A DNA stretch of 63,393 nucleotides, the filler included. It is 3 parts of 3 records of this genome, joined end to end, with 100 filler letters (N's around TTAATTAATTAA, not from the genome) between each part and the next. Parts side by side here need not be neighbours in the genome. Positions count along the whole stretch, not along the records: positions 27,706 to 54,994 come from SRR31156797_324; 2 more parts are not named here. One strand, written 5' to 3'. A program made the position numbers and the translations under genes. Within the stretch, counting starts at the first letter, position 1, and every line of letters begins with the position of its first letter. Shown here one piece after another: positions 42,601-51,130 of the stretch. The notes below the pieces were generated by a model. That model saw nothing but the letters and a program-made list of their open reading frames with translations, was not told where the DNA came from and ran no database searches.

Positions 42601-43930
42601 GATTTTGCTCCGGTTTCAGGTATTCTACCTTATACTTTTTCTTGGTGACTTTTAATGCTCCGGCATATTCACATCCAATCCAAATATTGCCATAATTATC
42701 TTCGGTTAAGGATAGTAAATAATCTGAAGCAGGACTATTCATTCCTTGTTTATAAGTATAATTTACCAGCTCATCATTGGCTTTATCGTAATAATATAAA
42801 CCGTTTCCATAAGTAGTAATCCAGTAAATACCTTTATCATCAATCAAAATATTATATCGACCATCATCAATTACCTCTGCAATTTCAGGAGCTATTAGTT
42901 GTAGTTCCTTTGAATACCCTGTTTTTACATCATAGTATATAACACTTCCGGAATGATCATAAATCCATAAATCCTTATTTTCATCCAGAATAAACTGAGG
43001 CGGACTGTCGAAAGGTTGTGATGTATTCAGTGCATTTGTCGTAAACTGGTTTGTTGTAAGATTTAATTGAAGTACATCATTGTCCCATGCCGAAACTAAC
43101 AAACAATTATCATTGATTAACGCAAAATCGAAAAAGCGATATTTATCGTCCGATCTCAAAGGACTAACAAAAGACTGTTTACTGATATCGTATCTGTATA
43201 TTATATTTTTATTGGATAAAAAATATACCATCCCATCGTGTTCCAGCGCTTTTCTGAACGAACCATAGGATTCATCTTTATAAAACTGGGTAATATTTCC
43301 GGAGTCATCGCGCTTATTTAAACCTTTACCACATCCAATCCATTGAGTACCTTCTGAATCCTGAAAAACAAACCTAACTTCGGTATCGCTTAATACATTT
43401 TCCTCTTTCGAATTAGAAAAAACTATTTTGGGTAGCAGATTTTCGTCCTTATCAATTTGCACACAACCTGCATTTCCCCATAACCAAATATCTCCATTCT
43501 CTAATTCAAGGTAATTGGTATAAAAAAGAGAACGCTTTTTATCGTTATCTTGAATTGGAATAAATTGTTCAAACTGCGGATCGTAACAACTAAAGGAGTT
43601 ATCATACATTCTTACCCAAATGTATCCGTCTTTATCTTCAAAAATTTCCCTAATTCGCTGATCGCTTAAGTTTGTACTTATACCCGGCTTAGGTTTGTGA
43701 GTAATAAATCGAGTACCATCGTATCTAACCAAACCATCTAATGTACCTATCCAAACATAGCCTTGTTGATCTACTAAAATACTTCGTGCTGTATTTTGTG
43801 ACAAGCCATCCTGTGTACTTATTTGAGTAAAAAGTAACTCTTCTTGTGCGTTAATTCCTGTGATATAAAATGTAAAAATCAATACCAGATAGAAAACCTT
43901 CTTCATCATACTTTGCAAATAAAACTCCAT
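39614..43930 (-). CDS. Hybrid two-component system (propeller-Y_Y_Y-HK-REC-AraC)
   Basis: FFTNISHEFRTPLTLI, NLLSNAFKFT, GTGIGL, CDVKMP, EDPFYFSKCFKAQFG. Confidence 0.95.
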   Translation of the reverse strand: MEFYLQSMMKKVFYLVLIFTFYITGINAQEELLFTQISTQDGLSQNTARSILVDQQGYVWIGTLDGLVRYDGTRFITHKPKPGISTNLSDQRIREIFEDKDGYIWVRMYDNSFSCYDPQFEQFIPIQDNDKKRSLFYTNYLELENGDIWLWGNAGCVQIDKDENLLPKIVFSNSKEENVLSDTEVRFVFQDSEGTQWIGCGKGLNKRDDSGNITQFYKDESYGSFRKALEHDGMVYFLSNKNIIYRYDISKQSFVSPLRSDDKYRFFDFALINDNCLLVSAWDNDVLQLNLTTNQFTTNALNTSQPFDSPPQFILDENKDLWIYDHSGSVIYYDVKTGYSKELQLIAPEIAEVIDDGRYNILIDDKGIYWITTYGNGLYYYDKANDELVNYTYKQGMNSPASDYLLSLTEDNYGNIWIGCEYAGALKVTKKKYKVEYLKPEQNQSIGTGNNIKVIYKDSDQNIWVGAKNGSLYLYNNQLELKQRIKKGINPYTIEEDDKGRVWVGTKGNGIYIFDRTNYKELHHLEAIEDEESLCNNSIFDIIQDQEGHMWVASFGGGMDLISERNGHFYFKHFFDGQGNISYIRCLLQDSDGLMWAGSYDGLICFKPDDFVNNSSAYTLYSYNLGHSAGLNSNDIKALFEDSKKRLWVGTAGGGINLFDKNSEDKQGAFIKYTKEEGLPSNIIAAIMESKDSVLWVSSESGLSHFDEERNTFVNYLFSNSSYGNYYNENASLLKDNGEMLWGTLQGLLIFNPSSFVANAEVPKVELTDMLVFDQRLETGTKNSLLKASIGKVKEVVLPYDQNTFTLNFACLDLTDPSANKYSYNLEPYDQYWSAPSKNNWATYKNMVPGEYEFKVRGANADGQWNNEITKCKITILPPFWKSKYAIAAYIIFMSVIAYIIFRIFIKMNGLNNAVKMEKQLTDYKLRFFTNISHEFRTPLTLIKGSIERMNDIENLPDEVSKNVNLLNRNTQQMSRLIDQLLEFRKLQNNVLTLNLEKTDISDFTLNAFFTFKEIGFQKNIDYQFDGIHEKWDVYIDRNKVEKILFNLLSNAFKFTPADGKIIVRLSKDEGNNKCVIQVADTGVGVPKDKQELLFSRFMKLNPSAEGTGIGLELVKEFIEAHKGHVSYASNPEGGSIFTIELPVDPEIYGDANFLDSNEESDNKEVAYNEDHAVKRPANPSNYKVLVIDDNYDIRQYLSEELKHHFQVEVAADGKEGLEKAISINPTLIICDVKMPEMDGLQLTKKLKEDFETSHIPVILLTALSSETIKLQGSESGADEYIMKPFSLKYLLSRAYALIEQREKLKKRFSIDISVKKAIVSEADKDQQFYDLINTIVDENLSDPEFTVAQFTQKAKLSRTIFYKKVKGLTGYSPNELIKIKRMKKAAELLLEDKYNVSEVSWKVGIEDPFYFSKCFKAQFGCAPSKYGVDTSNSIESK

Positions 43931-44095
43931 TACCTTTTTCTAATCTATACCTAGAAAAACTCAAGCTCTAAAATTATATAAAATCCACATATAGCCTTAA
44001 ATTATGATCGCTTTTTACATGAGATTGTATAATAATCCATCAATTTTATCCGTTAATCCTACTATCTTGCAACTATAAAAATAAAGTACACAAAA

Positions 44096-45058
44096 ATGAC
44101 TATTAAACGAATTAATCTAAAAACAATTTCAATTTTACTATTTGCGTTAATTTTTACTGCTTGCCAGGAAGAAAAAAAAGACGTTTATATGTTCTCCTAT
44201 TTTGTGGGAGGCGGACAAGATGGACTCCACTTAACCTATAGTCTCGACGGCCACAAATGGGAAAAACTTAAAAATGGAGAATCATTTTTAAAACCCAATG
44301 TGGGAAAAGATAAATTAATGCGCGATCCAAGTATTGCACAAGGTAAAGATGGTACTTTTCATATGGTATGGACTACCGGTTGGTGGGATAAAGGTATTGG
44401 ATATGCTTCATCTAAAGATTTAATAAACTGGTCGGAACAAAAAAACATTCCGGTAATGGAACACATGGACTCAACCAGAAACACCTGGGCTCCTGAAGTT
44501 TTTTATGATGATGCCAGTGATTTGTTTTATATTATCTGGGCTTCTACCGTTCCTGGTGAATTTCCTGAAATAGAAACTTCTCCAAATGAAAAAGGGCTAA
44601 ACCATCGTCAGTATTATACCACAACCAAGGATTTTGAAAACTTTGCTCCAACAAAATTATTTTTTGAGCCTGGATTTAGCGTTATAGATGCCGCCATTAT
44701 TAAAAGAGACTCTGATTATATGATGGTTGTAAAAAATGAAATGTCGGCACCTGCAGAAAAGAATTTGAGAGTGACTTTCACTAAAAACTTAGCTGAAGGT
44801 TTTCCAACTGAAGTTTCAGAAAGCATCTCTGGCGATGATTGGGCAGAGGGACCAACTCCAATGCAAGTTGGTGAGTACATTTACATTTACTTTGATAAAT
44901 ACCGTGATAAAAAATATGGCGCTATTCGCTCTAAGGACGGTCAAAACTGGGAAGATATTTCGGAACTAATCGGGTTACCAAGAGGTATTCGCCACGGAAC
45001 CGCATTTAAAGTTTCTGAAGATGTACTAACTAACATTCAAAAACAGTTAGCTCAATAA
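44096..45058 (+). CDS. GH43-like five-bladed beta-propeller glycosidase, lipoprotein
   Basis: Lipobox FTAC; MRDPSI, WAPE, VIDA, AEGPT, RHGT. Confidence 0.85.
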   Translation: MTIKRINLKTISILLFALIFTACQEEKKDVYMFSYFVGGGQDGLHLTYSLDGHKWEKLKNGESFLKPNVGKDKLMRDPSIAQGKDGTFHMVWTTGWWDKGIGYASSKDLINWSEQKNIPVMEHMDSTRNTWAPEVFYDDASDLFYIIWASTVPGEFPEIETSPNEKGLNHRQYYTTTKDFENFAPTKLFFEPGFSVIDAAIIKRDSDYMMVVKNEMSAPAEKNLRVTFTKNLAEGFPTEVSESISGDDWAEGPTPMQVGEYIYIYFDKYRDKKYGAIRSKDGQNWEDISELIGLPRGIRHGTAFKVSEDVLTNIQKQLAQ

Positions 45059-45086
45059 TAAAAGAAATTACCTACCTGAAAACAAC

Positions 45087-45128
45087 AAAAGGGCCTTAGC
45101 TAATTTATAGTTAGTTAAGGCTCTTTTT
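45087..45128 (+). terminator. Intrinsic terminator
   Basis: AAAAGGGCCTTAGCTAA...TTAGTTAAGGCTCTTTTT after the GH43 stop. Confidence 0.65.
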
Positions 45129-45490
45129 GCTTTCTGCAAAATTGTTTTTGAGCATTAACTATCGTATTCTTGCCGCAACCAAAAAAGAAATACACATATT
45201 GCCAAAGAAAGAAGTAATTAATATCTAATGAATAATCCATTATCAGGATTTAGTAAATTAATACATAAACACTTGTTTTTCCGCTACATATCAACTTTAG
45301 TTTCTATTATCCAATAGACATGAAACATGGTATTTATACACATATATTTGACTCTTTAAACATATGTGTAATTAATCCAATTTTTTAACCCATATATTGT
45401 CATTTCATTTATACATATATCTAATTGTAATGTATTAACATTTTGTATTATAAAAGAAAGATATCACTTATAACTCTCAAATTTAAACAT

Positions 45491-47569
45491 ATGCAAATGA
45501 CAAAACACTTAACACTCCTTGTTCTTACTTTATTGCAAACACTTTTTATTGCTAATACCAATGCACAAAAAACCATCTATGTACCCAATGGCTGGGATCC
45601 CAGTAATTCGGCAAGTGAATTTACTTATGAACGAAGCCGAGAATCGGAAAATTGTATCGTTTTTTGGCAAGAAGGTTTTGGTTCAGATCCTGTTTCTGCA
45701 CCTGATGCTAACCTCCGAGTAGATGTTGATTTGCTTTTAGAAAGAGCTGAAAAAACTTTTCTTAAAAATCGCGACGATTTAAAATTTGTAAACCCGGGAA
45801 GCTCATATACAGATGACTATAAATTAATCATTGCTCTATATTACACTACAGAGTGGATGGCATACGGATCGGGATATGACAATATTATTGGTGGATTACA
45901 GGTAAATCCAGCTGCGGCAGGTCACGCTTCTACTATTTCTCACGAGTTAGGTCATTGTTTTCAATATCAGGTAGATTGCGACAAAGCATTAGATTCTAAT
46001 ATTACAGGAGGATTTAGATATGCAACAGGCCCCAATGGCAGTGTTTGGTGGGAGAATTGTGCTCAATGGCAAGCTTACGAAGTTTTTCCAGAACTAAAGT
46101 TTGAAGAAGGAAACTATCAGACATATCTTGACTTGTGCTACCACGATGTTCTTCACGAAGGAACAAGATATCAACAATTTTTCTTTCAGGATTATATGGT
46201 TTTTAAACAAGGTCTTGATATTATAGGGAGAATATGGAAATATAGTAATGCTTCAATTCAGGAAGATCCTTTAAGTGCTTATATACGATTAGCAGGTTTA
46301 AGTACCTCGGAATTCAATGATGAATATTACGATTATGCATCCAGAGCTGTAACCTGGGATATTCCTCAAATTAAGGAAATAGGAGAAAATTATATGGATC
46401 TTCGAGGAAGTAACACCATGAATAAATCAGGTGATTACTGGGTCATTGATCCTTCTGAATGTATCGAAAGTTACGGCTATAATGTAATAAGGTTAAACTT
46501 AACTGATGCAGGTAGTGTAAATACGGTTTATTTTCAAGGTTTAGCCGGTGAGGATGGTTATAGAGCTGTAAATGTGTCTGATGCAGGATGGCGATATGGA
46601 ATTGTAGCCCTATTAGAAGATGGTACACGAGTTTATAGCGACATGCATTCACCTGTCTATGATGGAGCAAACCCCGAGGATGTTTTAACTTTTACCACTC
46701 CTGAGAATTGTTCAAAAATGTGGTTGGTAGTTTCAGGTGCACCTCAGGTTTTTAGAGCACACCAATGGGATGAAGATGAAACCAATGATGAACAATGGCC
46801 TTATCAGGTCAAATTTGATAATACTAACATATATGGTGAATTTAATTTTTCCGGATCCACACCTACTGATATAACAGTTACTTACGAAGTAGAACAAACA
46901 CCTACTGACGATTATTTAGCCGTTTCTGTTCCAATTGATCTTTTACCAATTTGTGAAGCATTTTGCTTATCTCTTTCGGACTTTAAGGCTGCATTTGGTT
47001 CTAACGTTTTATATTGTGCAGTAAATCCTGACGATAGTTATAATTATAACTCAACTGCCTATGCTCCGGGGCACTGGTTCAATAAAAATGGTGAGGTAAC
47101 TAATTATGCAAACAATAGTTATGTATATTCTGAATTAAAAACCGGTAATTACGTGTTCAACCTTGGTCAATACCCTAATTTATGTCAGGTTGGAGACACT
47201 TATACTATTCGTCAGGCCTTTGTATTCACCCCGGAAGGAGGTGATCCAGTAACGGCAACCATTGTTTTTAATTATTCTATTGTAAATGAAATTTCTACGT
47301 CTGTTTCTGAAACTGAAATTCAAGGTAGTTATGTAACTATTGATGCATATCCAAACCCGGTTGAAACAAACCTAACAATAGCAGTGGATGGTTTTGACGG
47401 TGAAGTATCTGTTGCTATTTACAACATGGAAGGACGCATCGTTAAACAAGCTGTTGAATATGTGGGCATGAGCGGAAATATTGTAATTCCATCTGTGGGT
47501 TATAAAGGCCTTGGATTAGTAAAGGTAACTGCAGGTGAAGAGGTAAAAATGATAAAAATGATCTTTTAA
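45491..47569 (+). CDS. T9SS-secreted protein: DUF6055-like HExxH domain + DUF4859-like domain + CTD
   Basis: ISHELGHCFQYQ, WWENCAQW, GWRYG, APGHWFNKNG, YPNPV CTD. The ATG at 45491 is preferred to the TTG at 45443. Confidence 0.75.
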   Translation: MQMTKHLTLLVLTLLQTLFIANTNAQKTIYVPNGWDPSNSASEFTYERSRESENCIVFWQEGFGSDPVSAPDANLRVDVDLLLERAEKTFLKNRDDLKFVNPGSSYTDDYKLIIALYYTTEWMAYGSGYDNIIGGLQVNPAAAGHASTISHELGHCFQYQVDCDKALDSNITGGFRYATGPNGSVWWENCAQWQAYEVFPELKFEEGNYQTYLDLCYHDVLHEGTRYQQFFFQDYMVFKQGLDIIGRIWKYSNASIQEDPLSAYIRLAGLSTSEFNDEYYDYASRAVTWDIPQIKEIGENYMDLRGSNTMNKSGDYWVIDPSECIESYGYNVIRLNLTDAGSVNTVYFQGLAGEDGYRAVNVSDAGWRYGIVALLEDGTRVYSDMHSPVYDGANPEDVLTFTTPENCSKMWLVVSGAPQVFRAHQWDEDETNDEQWPYQVKFDNTNIYGEFNFSGSTPTDITVTYEVEQTPTDDYLAVSVPIDLLPICEAFCLSLSDFKAAFGSNVLYCAVNPDDSYNYNSTAYAPGHWFNKNGEVTNYANNSYVYSELKTGNYVFNLGQYPNLCQVGDTYTIRQAFVFTPEGGDPVTATIVFNYSIVNEISTSVSETEIQGSYVTIDAYPNPVETNLTIAVDGFDGEVSVAIYNMEGRIVKQAVEYVGMSGNIVIPSVGYKGLGLVKVTAGEEVKMIKMIF

Positions 47570-47599
47570 TAGAAATCTATCATCTATCTAAGTATGAGT

Positions 47600-47638
47600 A
47601 AAAAGTGAACTAACTTTAAATATTAGTTCACTTTTTTT
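47600..47638 (+). terminator. Intrinsic terminator
   Basis: AAAAAGTGAACTAA...TTAGTTCACTTTTTTT. Confidence 0.8.
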
Positions 47639-48271
47639 ATGCCTGTTCATAGGAAATTCATTTTTTTACAAACCTACCATTTATAGAGATTTCCTACAGT
47701 TTACAACTGCTTAATATATATAGCTTTTCTAATTTGTGGCTGTACAATATTTATACATAATAATGAGCTATAACATGATAACAAACTAGATTACAAACCC
47801 TTAAAAAATGATTACCAAGCTATTATAAAGTGAGGTTAATAATGAACTAATAATTGCATATTGTATATCATTAACTAATGACTAATTTGTTACTGTTTGT
47901 TATTGGTAGTTTAGCTTGGTTCGTCTAAATACATCTTTAACTCATAGAATTATTGCTTAACCTCTCTATTTACTAATAAATGTTAATGATGTTTTAGATT
48001 CTATTAACACCTATCAACCATAAACACTACGAAAACAAAACCCCCTTAATCGCTGTTTTTCTGCTCCTTACAAACCACCGCTTGAACATTGGAATTTATT
48101 ATGCCGAAATTCCAACCCTTTTTGACTAATATACCCCGCTTCTATTTTTTCCCATTTGTTAATATTTGTAAACGGAAAAACACGGGATAATATTCTTTCT
48201 TACCTCTTAAGAAAATTCAGCATAACCAGACTACCACCTTAAACTCAAATTTTAATTAAAAAATTTAGTTT

Positions 48272-50893
48272 ATGAAAAAAGAGTACTTTAAAAGGAGAAA
48301 TGCGATATCTGCATTTATTCTGTTCATTCTTGGGATGAATCTGTTCCAAATGAAAGCACAAGACAGAACCCTGTATTTCGATGTAGATGCAGCTGGTGTA
48401 TCTAAACCCATTACATGGGGACTTGACCTGGCCTGGCTTAGCGAAGGAAACATCCGAAGAGGAATTACCTTTATGGGAGGAGCCAGTAATGTAGATGTCG
48501 TAAGATCCTCATTTATTCCAAGTGATCCTATCGTGAATGGTGCACTTACAGGTGATGCGTTAGTAAATACAAATCTCCGTCTGGATATCATTAATACATG
48601 GTTAAATTCAAACACTCAAATAGTTTTAAATTGCGACCATCCATCCGTTGATGCTTCTTTTTATGGAAATGCCTCTACCTGGACTGATTTACTTGACATC
48701 ACAACTACGATGCACGAAAATACAGGACGTAGTGTGGTTACCGTATCCCCATTTAACGAACCAGACTACACTGTGGCACAAGGAACCGTATCCCACTTTT
48801 ATAATATTTGTGCCGAAATGAGAAACCGCTCGCGTTTTAATAATATTCGTATTAGCGGAGGAAACACATTAAATTGTGATGTAGCGCTTGATTGGTATAA
48901 TAACTTAGTCTATTATTTGGATGAAGGTAATACACATCAATTAGCAGGAAGTTTCGACAACTATGCCAATTTCTATCAAACAGTAAGAAACAACGGTGAC
49001 CATGGTACTAACGACGAGCTTCATAATGTAATGGAGGCGATGGTAGGCGTTGAATATGGTATGCAAACAGGTATTTGGTGGGGAACAGCTGAATATGCTC
49101 GTGGCGAATTTTGTAAAGCCAGCGACGGGGTACGTTTGGCTTACGCAGAGCATCGTGATAACTGGACTGCAGCATCGGTTTATCGTGCACCAAGTGGAAA
49201 AGTACAAGCATTTGTTGGAGGCTCTGAAAGACAAGCTGCCACAACTACTTATAAATTTGTATCTCAAAATAAAGCAGTATATTTTGATGGATATGGACCT
49301 TATTACGAGTACACTATGGAATATCCTGGAGGTGCAGTTGGTAGTTATCAAAATGGACAAACAAATGCAGAAAAGGTAATCAATATTACCTGGGGTGAAG
49401 ATATTCAACCTGTTATCGATGGTACTTATACAATAGTTAGCCGCCATAGTGGTAAAGTATTGGACGTTGCCGATAACTCAACTGCCGACGGAGCCAATAT
49501 TCAACAATGGACTTATTCCGGTGGAACAAACCAACAATGGGTGGTTTCTCCTGTTGATTCAAGAATAGGTGGTGATTTTAGCTACTTTTCTATCATTGGT
49601 GTGGGTAGCGGAAAATCGTTGGATTTAACCAACTGGTCGTTAGACAACGGTGCCAATATACAATTATATTCAGCTGGTACCGGAGCAACACAACAGTGGT
49701 ACTTGGAATATGCCGAAGATGGTTGGTTTTATATCCGAAGCAGACAAAGTGGAAAGCCGCTGGATGTATATAACTGGAGTACTGAAGATGGTGGAAATAT
49801 TGCCCAATGGGATTATGCCGGCGGAGCTAATCAACAATGGCGTTTTATCCCGGTTGGTGCACCTGTTGAATTTGATGCGCCCGCAGCTCCTTCTAATCTT
49901 TCAGGTACCGGTAATGTTTCATATATCAATTTATCGTGGACAGCCAGTTCTTCATCTGATGTTGCAGGATATACTATTTATCGTGCAGCTGCAGGAGAAG
50001 CTTACAATACCATTGCAAGAAATGTCAGCTCAACATCTTATAACGACTACGATGTACAATCAGGTACTCAGTATTATTACAAAGTTATTGCAGTTGATCA
50101 ATCGCTGAATCGTTCCACTGCATCTAACGAAATAGGAGGATTAGAAACCAGTACTTCCGGCGGAGGAAGTAGCATTGCAGATGGACATGTTTATTCCTTT
50201 ATTTCAAAGCTCTCCAACAAAGCCATTGAAATATACAATGCGGGAACGGATAATGGATCTTTAATTACACAGTTTGATTACTATGGTACGAATCACCAAA
50301 AATGGATAGCTACCCAAAATTCAGATGGTACATATAGCTTTGCGTCTTCAAACTCAACGGGCAGATCGCTTGATGTGCCTGCCTGCAACTTCACCAATGG
50401 TGTACAATTAAATATTTGGGACACCTATGGCAATGATTGTCAGAAATTCAATATGGAAGATATGGGCAATGGCTATTACAGAATTCATACTACTGATGAC
50501 TCAAAATGTATCGACGTTTATGGCGCTTCTACAGATAATAGTGCAGCAATAGCTTTATGGGATTGTCACAGTGGTGATAACCAACAGTGGGCACTGATAG
50601 ATCATGGCTTAAAAAGTGGAACTATATCGGATCCAATTTTGGAAGAGGATAACACTATAAGCATTGCTGCTTATCCAAATCCGGTTGAAACAGAATTGAC
50701 TATTGCAATTGAAAATTTTGAAGGACAAGTGCTAGTGGAAATTTACAGTATGGACGGACGTCTTGAAAAACAAGTTATCGATAATATTAATATTTCTGGT
50801 AATCTTACAATTCCTACCTGGGGTTATAAAGGTTTAGGTTTGGTTAAAGTAACAGCAGGCAACGAAGTGAAATTATTTAAATTAAACTTTTAA
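48272..50893 (+). CDS. T9SS-secreted modular protein: putative glycoside hydrolase domain + ricin/CBM13 + FN3 + ricin/CBM13 + CTD
   Basis: PFNEPDY and TNDELH in the N-terminal domain; QxW repeats (NQQW, HQKW); APAAPSNL..LSWTAS FN3; YPNPV CTD. Confidence 0.8.
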   Translation: MKKEYFKRRNAISAFILFILGMNLFQMKAQDRTLYFDVDAAGVSKPITWGLDLAWLSEGNIRRGITFMGGASNVDVVRSSFIPSDPIVNGALTGDALVNTNLRLDIINTWLNSNTQIVLNCDHPSVDASFYGNASTWTDLLDITTTMHENTGRSVVTVSPFNEPDYTVAQGTVSHFYNICAEMRNRSRFNNIRISGGNTLNCDVALDWYNNLVYYLDEGNTHQLAGSFDNYANFYQTVRNNGDHGTNDELHNVMEAMVGVEYGMQTGIWWGTAEYARGEFCKASDGVRLAYAEHRDNWTAASVYRAPSGKVQAFVGGSERQAATTTYKFVSQNKAVYFDGYGPYYEYTMEYPGGAVGSYQNGQTNAEKVINITWGEDIQPVIDGTYTIVSRHSGKVLDVADNSTADGANIQQWTYSGGTNQQWVVSPVDSRIGGDFSYFSIIGVGSGKSLDLTNWSLDNGANIQLYSAGTGATQQWYLEYAEDGWFYIRSRQSGKPLDVYNWSTEDGGNIAQWDYAGGANQQWRFIPVGAPVEFDAPAAPSNLSGTGNVSYINLSWTASSSSDVAGYTIYRAAAGEAYNTIARNVSSTSYNDYDVQSGTQYYYKVIAVDQSLNRSTASNEIGGLETSTSGGGSSIADGHVYSFISKLSNKAIEIYNAGTDNGSLITQFDYYGTNHQKWIATQNSDGTYSFASSNSTGRSLDVPACNFTNGVQLNIWDTYGNDCQKFNMEDMGNGYYRIHTTDDSKCIDVYGASTDNSAAIALWDCHSGDNQQWALIDHGLKSGTISDPILEEDNTISIAAYPNPVETELTIAIENFEGQVLVEIYSMDGRLEKQVIDNINISGNLTIPTWGYKGLGLVKVTAGNEVKLFKLNF

Positions 50894-50924
50894 GATAAAT
50901 TCATATTTCTCTAATCAATTAGTT

Positions 50925-50952
50925 AAGGCTACTTCTCGGAGTAGCCTTTTTT
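50925..50952 (+). terminator. Intrinsic terminator
   Basis: AAGGCTACTT-CTCG-GAGTAGCCTT followed by a T tract. Confidence 0.85.
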
Positions 50953-51130
50953 CATTTATCTATCAATTTTGAATTGAAATAAGAAAAGACTGTATTTTAT
51001 CTATTAGCATACATTATTCCGTATATACCTAAAAACATACAGAAGTGTCGAATTTATCTTCTTTAAGTATCTATGACTTAGTTATCTTTACAATTGTATT
51101 AAATCTAAAAAACAACGAAAAAGATTAACG

